Shown: positions 40,736 to 52,251 of the stretch, one piece after another
How positions within the stretch are numbered: position 1 is the stretch's first letter
Layout of the letters: each line of letters begins with the position of its first letter
NCBI GenBank assembly: GCA_030950485.1
Contig: JAUZRK010000025.1
Span: forward strand, 8,236 to 72,235
Length of the DNA stretch: 64,000 bases
Reading direction: 5' to 3'
Source: Candidatus Dojkabacteria bacterium
GTDB taxonomy: Bacteria; Patescibacteriota; Dojkabacteria; J137
Notes under the pieces: model-generated
Told to the model about the DNA's origin: nothing
The model's input: the letters and a program-made list of their open reading frames with translations, nothing else
The model's database searches: none
Program-made: the position numbers and the translations under genes

Positions 40736-42553
40736 TTAGCTAGCAATCTCTAACCACTTATTAGTTTTTAACTCCAACTCACTTTCCAACTCTTTTACCT
40801 TAATAGAGATTTTTTCAATTTTTTCAAAATCATCACCTAAATTGAACATCTTATTCTTAAGATCTTCTAGTTTATCCTCTATTCTTTTAATTTCTTTAAG
40901 TATTACCTTTTTCTCATCACTCTCAGACTTCTTAACTACAGCTACCTTAGGCGTCGGATCTTTTGGTTTATCAGAACCCTTTTTATTTATAAAATCACTA
41001 TAGTTTCCGGGAAAAACATCAATCTCACCATCACCTTTGAATACTAAAAGATGATCTACAGTTGTATCAATAAAATATCTGTCGTGAGAAACTATAATTA
41101 CACAACCCTTAAAGTTAATTAAAAATTCTTCTAAAACTTCTAAAGTCATTAAATCAAAATCATTTGTCGGTTCATCAAGAATCAAAAAATTTGGATTATT
41201 CATTAATACCTTTAATAAAGCTACTCTCTTTCTCTCACCTCCACTTAAATCTTCTATTTTAGTTCTTTGAATAGTTCCACTAAATAAAAACCTTTCAAGC
41301 ATTTTTCCAGCACTTATAAATTTTCCATCAGATAGTTTTATTTCAGAAGCTACTTCATTTATTGAATCTATAATTGTTAGATTTGGGTTTAGTTCTTCTT
41401 GGTGTTGAGAATAGTAACCAAAATTTACAGTTTCTCCTTTAACTATCTTTCCGCCATCAATTTCCTTTTTACCTAAAATAAGATCTAAAAATGTAGATTT
41501 ACCTGCTCCATTTTCACCAATTATTCCAATTCTTGAACCTTTTTCAAAAGTATAAGTAAATTTATCTAGAATTTTCTTTTCCCCAAAGCTTTTAGATACA
41601 TTATGTAGTTCTAGTATTTTTGAACCTAATCTATCTGAGACAACGTCTAGACTTACTTTATCAACAGTATTTTTTGAACCTAAATTTTCCCTTGCTAGCT
41701 GATTATCTCTAATCCTCGCGCCATCTTTTGATTGTCTTCCCTGTGGCTGCTTACTAATTATTTCATACTCTCTTTTTAAATAAGTTCTCGTCTTATCTAT
41801 ATTAATATTTTCATCTAATCTTCTTTTTTCTCTGTATTCTAGATATTGTGTATAGTTTCCAATATGTTTATAGAGTTGCCCTCGGTCTAGCTCTAAAATT
41901 GTATTACAAACTTTATCTAAAAAGTAACGATCGTGAGTTACTAATAGGATTGAAGCTTCTAAATTTCTCAGATAATTCCCTAGCCATTCAATCATTTCAA
42001 TATCTAAATGATTAGTAGGCTCATCTAGTAATAAAACATCTGCTTCATCTAGTAAAATTTTAACTAAAGCTAACCTTTTCTTCTGACCTCCAGAAAAGCT
42101 CGATATCTTTTCATCTCTATAGTCGCTTAACTTTAATCTCTCTAAAACTTCACTAACTACATTCTCATATTCCCAAGCATTCAACCTATTCATTTCATTC
42201 ATTGCAAGTTCCAATCTCTTTGGATCATTTATATCTTGTATAGCTTCCTCATATTCACTTACTGCCTTTAGAAATTTTGAACCTGTATTTCTTAACTCTT
42301 CATTTAAAGTATTGTTATCCTCAAGATCTGGGTTTTGTGAAAGATATGAAATGTGAATTCCATTCTGTGTAGTAATATCTCCTTTGTCGTACTCTATTAC
42401 ACCTGCTAGAATTTTTAAAATAGTAGATTTACCTTTTCCATTTTCTGCAACAAGTGCAATTTTCTCATTCTTTGCAATTGAGAAGTTTATATTCTCAAAT
42501 AGATTTCTACTTAAAATATCCTTTTTTAAATTTTCAACAACTATATAACTCAT
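40736..42553 (-). CDS. ABC-F ATPase (Uup/YfmR-like)
   Basis: Two NBDs (ENGKGKST, GENGAGKST; SGG; LDEPTN; HDRYF), no TM, C-terminal coiled coil. Confidence 0.93.
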   Translation of the reverse strand: MSYIVVENLKKDILSRNLFENINFSIAKNEKIALVAENGKGKSTILKILAGVIEYDKGDITTQNGIHISYLSQNPDLEDNNTLNEELRNTGSKFLKAVSEYEEAIQDINDPKRLELAMNEMNRLNAWEYENVVSEVLERLKLSDYRDEKISSFSGGQKKRLALVKILLDEADVLLLDEPTNHLDIEMIEWLGNYLRNLEASILLVTHDRYFLDKVCNTILELDRGQLYKHIGNYTQYLEYREKRRLDENINIDKTRTYLKREYEIISKQPQGRQSKDGARIRDNQLARENLGSKNTVDKVSLDVVSDRLGSKILELHNVSKSFGEKKILDKFTYTFEKGSRIGIIGENGAGKSTFLDLILGKKEIDGGKIVKGETVNFGYYSQHQEELNPNLTIIDSINEVASEIKLSDGKFISAGKMLERFLFSGTIQRTKIEDLSGGERKRVALLKVLMNNPNFLILDEPTNDFDLMTLEVLEEFLINFKGCVIIVSHDRYFIDTTVDHLLVFKGDGEIDVFPGNYSDFINKKGSDKPKDPTPKVAVVKKSESDEKKVILKEIKRIEDKLEDLKNKMFNLGDDFEKIEKISIKVKELESELELKTNKWLEIAS

Positions 42554-42613
42554 TTTGATTTTATTTATCCTGTGAAAGTATAGCTTAAATACTACTAGTA
42601 AAGCTAAATAAAA

Positions 42614-43854
42614 TTAAGCATTATTTCCTGAAATATATCCGCTCGCCCAACAAATTTGTAAACTATAACCGCCAGAAGGTCTATCAATATTTAAAAGATC
42701 CCCTGTTATAAAAAGCTTAGGAACTTTTCTAGACTCCATAGTTTTAAAATTTACTTCATCTATATTTACTCCACCAGATGATACTACAGCTTTATTAGCA
42801 CCAAGTAGATTTTGAACATTTAACTCTATTGACTTAAATAAATTTAATAAACTCATTCTTTCTATTTTTGTAACACTATGATTAGATTTATCAGGATCTA
42901 TATTAGCTTGTTTTAAAAAAGGTTTAACAAGTGCTGGCTGAATGATTCTAGTTAAACTATTCTTTATTTTTTTATTACTATCTTCACTTAAAATACTATA
43001 AAGAGTCTCTTTCATAGATTTTGGATCTATATCGGGAAACAAGTCTAATTTTATAGTCACATCTCCTTCTTTTAACAGATCACCAACTCTACTACTCATG
43101 TTTAATACGGCAGGTCCACTTATTCCAAAGTGAGTAAATAAGAATTTGCCTCTAGTTCCAAAGTTTTTTTTCCATAGCTATAAACATTTAAACCTACATC
43201 AGCAAAACTTAACCCAGGAAGAGATTTAATCCACTCTGTTTTTATTGCTATTGGAACTAAAGCTAAAGAACTATCTATAATCGTATGTCCCAAATCTTCT
43301 AACCATTTAAACCCATCTCCGGTCGAACCAGTTTCTGGCCTAGATTTACCACCAACTGCAAGAATTAATGATTTGGATTTAAATGATCCATTATTTGTAT
43401 TAATTATAAATAAATCATTATTTTTCTGTACTGATATTACTGAAGAATTATTCATTATTTCAACATTATTATTACTTATATAATCTTGAAGCACTTGCCA
43501 GACAGAAACTGCACTATCTGATACTGGGAAAACTCTATCTTCAGCTTCTACTTTAGTTTCCATACCTCTTGAGTTAAAGAAATCTAACGTATCACCAGCT
43601 CCAAATTGAGAAAAGAGCGAATACAATGCTTTAGGTTTATCCTTATAGCTAGAAACTAGCAGATTAAAATCTAGCTTATTATTAGTAACGTTACATCTTC
43701 CACCTCCTGTAATTAAAAGTTTTTCTCCTAATCTATTGTTCTTTTCAAGAAGTAATGTAGTTTTACCCAGTTCTGCAGAACGACCTGCTGCAGTCATACC
43801 CGCAGGACCTCCTCCAACAACAATTGTATCCCAAACTTTATTTTCTAAATTCAA
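42614..43854 (-). pseudogene. HI0933/BaiN-like flavoprotein split by a frameshift in an A8 run (real or sequencing error)
   Basis: GGGPAG, TGGGRCNVTN, GSTGDG; adding one A at 43164-43171 restores GKFLFTHFGISGP and joins to GGV..GGYSLQ. Confidence 0.85.
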
Positions 43855-43942
43855 TTATCGCATAATTAAATAATGCTTTCCTTATAGATGTCTCTTGAAA
43901 ATATAGTAAATTTTGCTATATTAATTCTTTCAAAATATAAAT

Positions 43943-44651
43943 ATGTCTGTTGATTTAGATTCTATAGGTAGTGATACTGAAATGTACCCAGATTATAACT
44001 TTACAAATGAGGATCCACAACAAGGTGGGAAAATTAGGGAGGCTGTAGAGCTACAGAAACAAGCTAGTTTGGAGATAATAGAAAACGGAGGAGTACCTAC
44101 TATATTCTTTGTAGGAAGCATGATATATAGAGGAGCTGAATACGTTTCAGCTGTAAATGAAGTGTTTGGGAAAGATATAGCCAGTATGTTCTGTTTTATC
44201 CAAATGGATATAACTTCATCAGATTTTAATAGGTGAAATAGATCTTGATAATATTGAAATTACACTAGAGCAAGTCTATAGTCTAGAAGAATATAGAGAC
44301 ATCGCAATTGTTCTTGCTAATAAAGATAAAGTCAAAAATGCTGTAAATTATTATAGAGAGCGGACTAGTTTTAGTAATTCAGATATTATGACTTGGAGAG
44401 TAAATTTATTGGAGTTAGATGAATATGATCCTGCACTTACTGAATTAAAACAAGACATTCGCCTACCTGTAATAATTGATACCTCAAATATTAGCGAAGA
44501 TATTTATCTAGGTAGTGAAGAAGGTACTTTAAGATTTGTAAAGGGAGTAAGTATTTTACGTAAATTAAGTCCCAAATCTGTTATACATAACTACTCAAAA
44601 GGTCTTAGAAATGGTTCATTAGGATGGAATTATTTACAAGAAAAGCTATAA
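43943..44651 (+). pseudogene. Orphan gene split by a frameshift near 44225
   Basis: Frame of ORF 44388-44651 is open back to about 44226 and overlaps the end of ORF 43943-44236. Confidence 0.5.
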
Positions 44652-44705
44652 CACCTTATTTATATTAAGTTTTTTGCTAAAATACATACTGATTAGATAA
44701 TAACT

Positions 44706-46151
44706 ATGGAAAAACAAGATAATGTTGTTAGATTTGATAATGTTTCATTTCAATATAACGACGACAAAATAATACTTGAGAAAACTAGTTTTAACATTAG
44801 ACGTTATTCAAAAATAACTATAATGGGACAAAACGGTGCGGGTAAAAGTACAATTTTCAAAATGTTAACAGGAGAGCTTCAACCAACTGAAGGAAGAATT
44901 TTCTTAGACGAAACTGCAACTGTTGCAATTGCTGAACAAAAAGTTAATGAAAAGTTTTTTGAATTAGATTTAACTGAATATTTTGAAACTGCTTTTAAAG
45001 ATAATGTTCCTCCAGACATAGGAAAGAAAATACATGATGTATTGGAGGTTGTAAATTTAGAAATTGATCTAGAAAAAAAAGTTAAAGAGTTATCGGGAGG
45101 ACAAAAAGCAAGATTATTACTTGCCTATGCACTTATTCAAGAACCAGACATACTACTTCTTGATGAGCCTACTAATAACTTAGATAAAGAAGGAATTGAA
45201 CATTTAACAAATTTCTTAATGTACTACTGGAATACAGTAGTGGTTATTTCTCACGATGCAGATTTCTTAAGCGCATTTACAGACGGAGTATTAAATTTAA
45301 ATATTTATAATCAAAAGGTGGAACAATTTGTTGGAAACTACTTTGATGTAATTGAACAGCTAGAAAGACATATTGAGAAACAGAGAATGTTAAATGCAAG
45401 AATTGAGAAAAGTATTAGAGATAGATTTACTAAAGTAAACAAGCTTGGTGGAAAAAGTGTTGAGTTAAGACGATATGCAAATAAGGTAAGAGATTCTATA
45501 GAAGAAGATAAAGATAAAATGGTAGAAATTAGGCAAGAAGATAAAACATTACCAGATTTCGAGATTCCTTACCATCATGTCTCAAATCCTATTGCTTTAA
45601 TAAATGAGGTAGAGTTCTTAAAAAATGGAAAACCTACAAGAGAAAAAGTTGAGAAGGTTGTTAATCGTGGAGATAGAATTATCATTTCAGGTCCTAACGG
45701 AATTGGAAAAAGCACTCTTCTTAAATCATTTTTAGATGGTAAATTTATTAAAGTAAGTGAAGATGTAAGAATTGGTTACTATAGCCAGGACTTTAGCGAA
45801 CTAGACTTCAATCAAACAGTATTAGAGTCGCTATATAGCGTTGCATATGATATTGAAGATCAGGATGCATTTACAGCAGCTGGTAGATTTATGTTATCAA
45901 AAGTATTAGAAAATAAAGTAGCTACTTTATCTGAAGGTCAAAAAGGTCTTTTATGCTATGCAAGATTTATGCTTCAAAAACCTGGACTTTTAATAATGGA
46001 CGAGCCAACTAATCATATCAACTTTAGACATTTACCTGTTATTTCAGAGGCAATTTCTAAATTTGAAGGAGGTTTAATTCTTATCTCTCATATTAGAGAG
46101 TTCGTAGAGCAAGTAAAGCCAACTGACGAGATTGATTTGACAAAATACTAG
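44706..46151 (+). CDS. ABC-F ATPase
   Basis: GQNGAGKST, LSGGQ, LDEPTN; GPNGIGKST, LSEGQ, MDEPTNH; no TM. Confidence 0.92.
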   Translation: MEKQDNVVRFDNVSFQYNDDKIILEKTSFNIRRYSKITIMGQNGAGKSTIFKMLTGELQPTEGRIFLDETATVAIAEQKVNEKFFELDLTEYFETAFKDNVPPDIGKKIHDVLEVVNLEIDLEKKVKELSGGQKARLLLAYALIQEPDILLLDEPTNNLDKEGIEHLTNFLMYYWNTVVVISHDADFLSAFTDGVLNLNIYNQKVEQFVGNYFDVIEQLERHIEKQRMLNARIEKSIRDRFTKVNKLGGKSVELRRYANKVRDSIEEDKDKMVEIRQEDKTLPDFEIPYHHVSNPIALINEVEFLKNGKPTREKVEKVVNRGDRIIISGPNGIGKSTLLKSFLDGKFIKVSEDVRIGYYSQDFSELDFNQTVLESLYSVAYDIEDQDAFTAAGRFMLSKVLENKVATLSEGQKGLLCYARFMLQKPGLLIMDEPTNHINFRHLPVISEAISKFEGGLILISHIREFVEQVKPTDEIDLTKY

Positions 46152-46218
46152 GATTCTTGACACTATTTAAATAATAATCTACTATTTATGTAGTAGATTA
46201 TTATTTATCCTTCTATAT

Positions 46219-46848
46219 ATGGAAATTCAACTCAATAGGGTTCAATTAAAAAAGTATTTTTTTTCGCTATTACTTCTTTTATTTTTCTTATAAATTATTC
46301 TATATAGATCTTCAGTAAATAATAAAGATGTAGCTAGTGGCAATCTAGATCTTTTAAATATCGCAAAAACTAATTGTCTACCAGCATTTAGAGATGGAGG
46401 AGGACCTTATTACCTCCCTAATCAGCCATTTAGAACTAACATTGCTGAAGGAAAAACCGAAGGTGAAAAACTAATAGTTGAAGGTTATCTATTAGATAGT
46501 GATTGTAGTAGTCAAATTAAAAATGCAGTAATAGATATTTGGCAAGCTAGTGCGGAAGGTGAATATGAAGATGAATTTTATCGAGGTCAGATTAAAACTG
46601 ATAAGAATGGATACTATAAATTTGAGACAGTAATGCCTGTAGGTTATGGAGAAGGTACAGCCTATAGACCTCCACACATTCATTTTAAAGTCTTTATTGA
46701 TAATAAAGAAATTGTAACTTCTCAAATGTTCTTTTCTGATGTAGAGGGTAGAGATGGCTTTAATGATGAATACATTATTAATGTTAAGAAGGCAGATAAG
46801 ATTTTAAAAGGAAACTATAATATAGTTCTTCCTGACTATAATAAATAA
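46219..46848 (+). pseudogene. Membrane-anchored intradiol dioxygenase-like protein with in-frame TAA (46291-46293)
   Basis: GPYY, IDIWQA..G.Y, YRG..TD.NG.Y.F.T..P..Y, RPPHIHFKV, in frame with ATG 46219. Confidence 0.8.
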
Positions 46849-46907
46849 GATATTTCAATTTTACTGCTAAGGGGTGTATGATTAGTTATATTTATTAAAG
46901 TATATTT

Positions 46908-47276
46908 ATGAATAAATCCCAGGTAGGTTATGTAGATAATATAGAGTCAGAGACTAAAAGTAACACAAGTTATAGAAAAGTTTTGTTTACTGGGAAAAGG
47001 ATGCAACTTGTATTAATGACTCTTAAACCAGGAGAAGAAATAGGTATGGAAGTTCATGAAGATCATGACCAATTCTTTAGAATAGAAAGTGGAACTGCTA
47101 AAATTATTATGAATGGGGAAGAAAGTATAGCAGAAGAAGATTTTGCTGCTATAGTTCCAGCAGGAGCTCAGCATAATGTAATTAATGCTTCAGATACTGA
47201 TTTGTTAAAACTTTATACAATCTATGCTCCACCAGAGCATCCAGAAGGAACTTTACAAGAAAATAAACCGGAATAG
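46908..47276 (+). CDS. Cupin domain protein
   Basis: QLVLMTL.PGEEIG.EVH..DQFFRIE, VPAGAQHNV, KLYTIYAPPEH. Confidence 0.92.
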   Translation: MNKSQVGYVDNIESETKSNTSYRKVLFTGKRMQLVLMTLKPGEEIGMEVHEDHDQFFRIESGTAKIIMNGEESIAEEDFAAIVPAGAQHNVINASDTDLLKLYTIYAPPEHPEGTLQENKPE

Positions 47277-47281
47277 TTTCT

Positions 47282-48163
47282 ATGCTAAAAAGTATTAAGC
47301 AAAAAATTGAATCAACAGCTGATTTTATATCTTCTGATAAAGTAATTCATTTTGAAGAAAAAATGTTTGGATTTCTAGCAGGTATTTTATTACTAATTAA
47401 TATAGTAATACTATTTTTGGCTAAGAGAGATATTATTGAAAATGATTTACTAAATTCTCAGAGTTATATTTCAACTGTTGCTTTACCTTTTACTGTCATC
47501 TTAATAAGTGAAATTTTTGTCTTAATAAAGTCTTACAATCAACCCCTAGTCTATTCTTTAATGGTTCAAGTACAGATAGTCTCACTTATTTTTGCAAGAG
47601 ATATATTTAAAGTCTTTAGTGATCTTAATGGTGTTGGTAGCCAGAATTTCAATAGAGATATTTTTGAAATAGCAATTACTCTTGCTATAACTGTAACACT
47701 TTTTTTCGTAGCTGAATTTATGAAGAAGTTTATAGGTAATAAGAGAAACAAGAATTCAAGTATATTGCACGAACCAAAGATCTTAAAAAAAGCTAGAAAA
47801 TACATGTCTCTAAGACTTTTCTTTTCTGGAGTAGCTTTTCTTAGCTATTATTTATTAGCTAACGTTGTCTTCGATCCTATTGATTATCTTGCAAACGGCG
47901 TTAAACTCAACACCTTTTTTGAAAATGTATTTACTGTAATGATTCTTTCTGATGTACTACTCTTTCTTCTTGGATTTATTTACCATGAGGAATATCAACA
48001 TCTTTTTTCCAATGCTTTATTAATCATTTCTGCAATTTTGATTAGACTAGCAATAACTAATGACTTCCCTTCTAATGTATATCTTGTAGGAATTAGTGCT
48101 TTAATTCTAATGCTTGTCGTTATTTACAATTCTTCACTTAAATTAGGACTAAATCGGGAATAA
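47282..48163 (+). CDS. Polytopic membrane protein of unknown function
   Basis: About 8 hydrophobic segments. Confidence 0.75.
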   Translation: MLKSIKQKIESTADFISSDKVIHFEEKMFGFLAGILLLINIVILFLAKRDIIENDLLNSQSYISTVALPFTVILISEIFVLIKSYNQPLVYSLMVQVQIVSLIFARDIFKVFSDLNGVGSQNFNRDIFEIAITLAITVTLFFVAEFMKKFIGNKRNKNSSILHEPKILKKARKYMSLRLFFSGVAFLSYYLLANVVFDPIDYLANGVKLNTFFENVFTVMILSDVLLFLLGFIYHEEYQHLFSNALLIISAILIRLAITNDFPSNVYLVGISALILMLVVIYNSSLKLGLNRE

Positions 48164-48405
48164 TGTTTACAGTCTATATTCTAAAATGCTGTGATGATTC
48201 TCTTTATACCGGTTATACTAATGACTTAGTTAATAGACTTAAGAAACATAAAGAGGGTAAGGGATCTAAGTATGTTCGATCTAGATTACCTTTTGAGCTA
48301 GTTTATAAGGAAAAGTTTGAGACTAAGTCTGAGGCTATGAAAAGAGAGGCTGCTATTAAAAGTCTTGGAAGAGCTGAAAAAATTAAATTAATTCAGTCAA
48401 TATAA
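48163..48405 (+). CDS. GIY-YIG nuclease (UPF0213/YhbQ-like)
   Basis: VYIL.C.D.SLYTGYT.D..RL..H..GKGSKY, AMKRE..IK. Confidence 0.92.
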   Translation: MFTVYILKCCDDSLYTGYTNDLVNRLKKHKEGKGSKYVRSRLPFELVYKEKFETKSEAMKREAAIKSLGRAEKIKLIQSI

Positions 48406-48492
48406 TACTAATATAAATATCAATCATTTATACTAATTCCTGTTAACAATTGTTGGTGATAATGATATAATAAAGATATATTATTAAAGTGT

Positions 48493-49260
48493 ATGTCTTT
48501 AGATAGCTTTAATCCCGATTCTCCTCACGAAGGAGTAACAACTCATGTAACAGGTACTTCTAAGAGTGATGTAAATGGAGTCGCACATGCGGAAACTATA
48601 GTTGGAGATGGTCTACTTTCGCCAAATAAGTATTGTATATCGTCATCCATTCCATTTACTGCTTTTTTGGGAAATAGGAATAGCAGATTATTAGCTTATA
48701 AAACAAATACTAAGCCTCAAGAAGAATTTACTAGACTTGAAGGAGGCCATGAATACGCAACAGAATCAAACAATAGAATTCCATATTCAAAAGTAAAAGC
48801 TTAACACCATGCAGCAGCTGCCTACTATCAAGATCACCATAACAGTTTTCCTATAGAGAATGACTGGAATTACTTTCCACCAGATGATCTTATGTTCTAT
48901 GTAGATATGACACCTGAAGGATCTGCAAGTTTTAGCTCTATTACAGAAGAAATGATAACTGAATTTAGAGAAGGAGAGATACTTGAAACTACTCTACTTA
49001 CAAGAACTGAGCAATTATTTGTAAATACACCAATTTATAATTCTAAAAAAGAGGAAATATCTGGAAAAGATAAGCGAGCAGCTCTAATGAGTTACACTGC
49101 TGCAGTATCGTATCATTCTTTGTTAATAGAGATTTCTAAAGTAGATTTAAAAACTGCTACACAACAAGATATACAAAGAATTGCGGATATTCAAACAGAA
49201 TATCCTGCAAGCTACAAAGCACAGCAAGAATTCTTGAGTAAATTTATATTCGAAGCCTAG
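48493..49260 (+). pseudogene. Orphan gene with in-frame TAA (48802-48804)
   Basis: 29 open codons join ORF 48493-48804 in frame to ORF 48892-49260. Confidence 0.55.
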
Positions 49261-49331
49261 TGTACTGGAATGTTTAAGTGTTAATAGTATCTAGTAATTA
49301 TAATATGATGAATATTGATTAGAAATCAAAA

Positions 49332-50207
49332 ATGAGTGACCCGTTAGACGATATAAATAAATCAGAAGATCCAGCAGCAGTATGCCCTTTACATACTAAA
49401 AGACCAGCGTACGCCGAAATTACAGGTATACTAGATATGATTGATACTGCGCAAGTAGAAAGTATAGTAGGTTCGATAAAAGTTGAAGAAGAAATTGTGG
49501 AGAGTTATATAGGTAAAATTGAAAGTGCCATAAGAAAAGTAAATCCTTCAGCAGATCTTGCTAAATATGATATAAGATTAGATGAATCAGCTCCAATTGA
49601 ATTTAGAGGTGTTCCTATATTAGCGCTACCTTTCGCCTATTTTGAAGGAATGGAAGAAAGACAGAATGCTAGTATGGTATTTAGTTACTCTATGGGTCTT
49701 GATATCGCAGACTCTACTTTTCCCAAATCATTTGAAGATCATCTTACAGAAGTGTCAGGTAAAGCCACTGATACTATGAAAAAGCTTATTTTTAATGATT
49801 TAACAGAAGTTGTAAGAGTAGGAATAGCTAATGCCTTACAAGCTGCTTCTTGGTTGGTTCTTTCGGAAGCTAAAACAACAGGTACACCTTATAATTTTAC
49901 AGCTAAATTGATAGATATACTAGAAAATCAAACTGAGCTAGTTTACTTTTTGTCTTATACTGGTCTTTATCAACTCTCAAATATTATAGAGAATGGAATA
50001 TTAGTTGATACTAGAGATGTTAAAAATCAAAAAGATTTAAAGGGACGAATTATACAAATTATAGATGATAAAACACTTCAGCTTGGAGATAATAAAGTAA
50101 GTTGCCCAGCAACAAAGAAATTGATTAATGCTGTAAGTAATGGTCTAGCCGCAGCATTAAGAGCTAATAACTCTAGAATGTTTGGATTAGATACTGAGGA
50201 AGCTTAA
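49332..50207 (+). CDS. Hypothetical protein with CPLH and SCPA motifs
   Basis: 291-aa ORF; its only two Cys are both in CP dipeptides. Confidence 0.65.
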   Translation: MSDPLDDINKSEDPAAVCPLHTKRPAYAEITGILDMIDTAQVESIVGSIKVEEEIVESYIGKIESAIRKVNPSADLAKYDIRLDESAPIEFRGVPILALPFAYFEGMEERQNASMVFSYSMGLDIADSTFPKSFEDHLTEVSGKATDTMKKLIFNDLTEVVRVGIANALQAASWLVLSEAKTTGTPYNFTAKLIDILENQTELVYFLSYTGLYQLSNIIENGILVDTRDVKNQKDLKGRIIQIIDDKTLQLGDNKVSCPATKKLINAVSNGLAAALRANNSRMFGLDTEEA

Positions 50208-50358
50208 GGTTTGATAAAATTATCTGGTAGATCAACTAGAGTTGTTACAAATTGATACTTTGTAGTTTTATTTTTAAAATATCTATTAGAATTTGAATAC
50301 ACACATTATATATTTAAACTAGAAACAATGCTATAATCCTAGGCATCAAAAAAATACT

Positions 50359-52233
50359 ATGAATAAAGAAAATATAAGAAATATAGCAATCATTGCTCAC
50401 GTAGATCACGGTAAAACTACATTAGTAGACGCTTTCTTAAAACAATCAAATATCTTTAGAGATAATCAAGACGAAATGAGTCAGGAAATGATTCTAGACA
50501 CTGGAGAACTTGAAAGAGAAAAAGGTATTACTATTAAAGCAAAAAATATATCAGTTAATTATAATGAACATTTTATAAATATAATTGATACTCCAGGTCA
50601 CGCTGATTTCGGAGGAGAAGTTGAAAGAACTTTAAATATGGCTGACGGTTGTTTATTAATCGTAGATGCTGCTGAAGGACCAATGCCACAAACTAGATTT
50701 GTACTTAAAAAAGCTCTTGAATTAAACCTAAAACCAATCGTTGTAATTAATAAGATTGATAAACCAAGTACAGATATAAAAAGAACTACTAGTAAGATAC
50801 AAGATTTATTCTTAGATCTTGCTACAACTGAAGATCAACTAGAATTCCCAATCTTCTACGCTATTGGTAGAGATGGAAAAGTATGGGCAGAGATGCCAGA
50901 AAATAAGGAAGAAGAAGCAGATATAAGACCATTATTGGATAAAATAATAGATTATGTACCTTCACCTAAAGGAGATGAAGAAGCACCTTTTCAAATGCAA
51001 ATAACAACTTTAGATTTTGATGACTATACTGGTACATTCCTAATTGGTAAAGTAACTAAAGGAAGTATTAAACCAGGTAAAAATGTAGTTGTAGCAATGC
51101 CAAATGAGGAAGCTGGGTATGATATTGATTCAAAAGGAAGTGTAAAAAAGGTTCTAATTAAAAGCGGTCTTGTTTTTAAAGAAGTAGATTCTGCTTCAGT
51201 TGGAGAAGTCATAGCAATAGTTGGTATAGACTCTAAAGCTATTGGAGGTACTATTTGTGACCCTCAGAATATAGAAGTACTACCTAACATTAAAATTTCA
51301 GATCCTTCAGTAAGAATTAAAATTGAAGCTAATACTTCACCTTTTATGGGTAAAGAAGGAGAATTTGTAAGTGCTAAACAATTACAATCTAGACTTGAAA
51401 GAGAATCAGACATTAACATATCTTTAGATATTGAAAAAAATGATGATGGTTCATTCTATGTAGCAGGAAGAGGAGATCTTCAATTAGCTATTTTACTAGA
51501 AGAACTAAGAAGAGAAGGATATGAGTTACAAGTAAGAAGACCTGAAGTAATAATAAAAGTAATTGATGGAAAAAAACATGAACCTGTTGAAGAGCTGTTT
51601 ATTGAAGTTCCAGATGAATATTCTGGATCAGTAATGAATGAAGTAAACTCAAAGAAAGGAGAACTTATTTCTATGGAATCAAATAATTCTCAGACATCAA
51701 TGAGATTCAAGATACTAACAGCTAATCTTTTGAGATTAAGAAATACACTTTTAACTTTAACAAAAGGAAATCTAGTAATGAGTAATTACTTAGTAGAATA
51801 TGTTGAAGTAAAACATAAAGAAAAATTCTTCAGAAGAGGAGCAATTGTTTCAACAAATGATGGACCAGCAATGGGTTACGCTCTAAATATGATTCAAGAA
51901 AGAGGAGATCTTTTAATAAAGCCTGCAACAGAGGTTTACGAGGGTATGATTATTGGTATAAACAAATACGAGCAAGATTTAGATGTAAATCCTACTAAAG
52001 CTAGAGAAAAATCAGCAGTAAGAAGAAATCAATCTGAAATTACACAAATTCAACTTAAAGGAATTAAAGAAGTTACTTTAGAATTTGCACTTCTATTCTT
52101 AGCTGAGGATGAAATTTTAGAAGTTACTCCAAAAAATCTAAGACTTAGAAAGCAATATCTAAAACAACACGAAAGAGTTTGGTCTAAAAGGAAGAATTTA
52201 ACTGAAATAGCTAAGCAAGGTCTTAGTAAGTAA
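50359..52233 (+). CDS. typA: Translational GTPase TypA/BipA
   Basis: AHVDHGKTT, EREKGITI, DTPGHADFGGEVER, NKID, RREGYE, EVTPKNLRLRK. Confidence 0.97.
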   Translation: MNKENIRNIAIIAHVDHGKTTLVDAFLKQSNIFRDNQDEMSQEMILDTGELEREKGITIKAKNISVNYNEHFINIIDTPGHADFGGEVERTLNMADGCLLIVDAAEGPMPQTRFVLKKALELNLKPIVVINKIDKPSTDIKRTTSKIQDLFLDLATTEDQLEFPIFYAIGRDGKVWAEMPENKEEEADIRPLLDKIIDYVPSPKGDEEAPFQMQITTLDFDDYTGTFLIGKVTKGSIKPGKNVVVAMPNEEAGYDIDSKGSVKKVLIKSGLVFKEVDSASVGEVIAIVGIDSKAIGGTICDPQNIEVLPNIKISDPSVRIKIEANTSPFMGKEGEFVSAKQLQSRLERESDINISLDIEKNDDGSFYVAGRGDLQLAILLEELRREGYELQVRRPEVIIKVIDGKKHEPVEELFIEVPDEYSGSVMNEVNSKKGELISMESNNSQTSMRFKILTANLLRLRNTLLTLTKGNLVMSNYLVEYVEVKHKEKFFRRGAIVSTNDGPAMGYALNMIQERGDLLIKPATEVYEGMIIGINKYEQDLDVNPTKAREKSAVRRNQSEITQIQLKGIKEVTLEFALLFLAEDEILEVTPKNLRLRKQYLKQHERVWSKRKNLTEIAKQGLSK

Positions 52234-52251
52234 AGTAAATTCTTGTATAAA

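Noticed and set aside
48163-48405. GIY-YIG as a homing endonuclease or defence system
   Set aside because: It is a standalone 80-aa UPF0213-type protein with no intron or defence context
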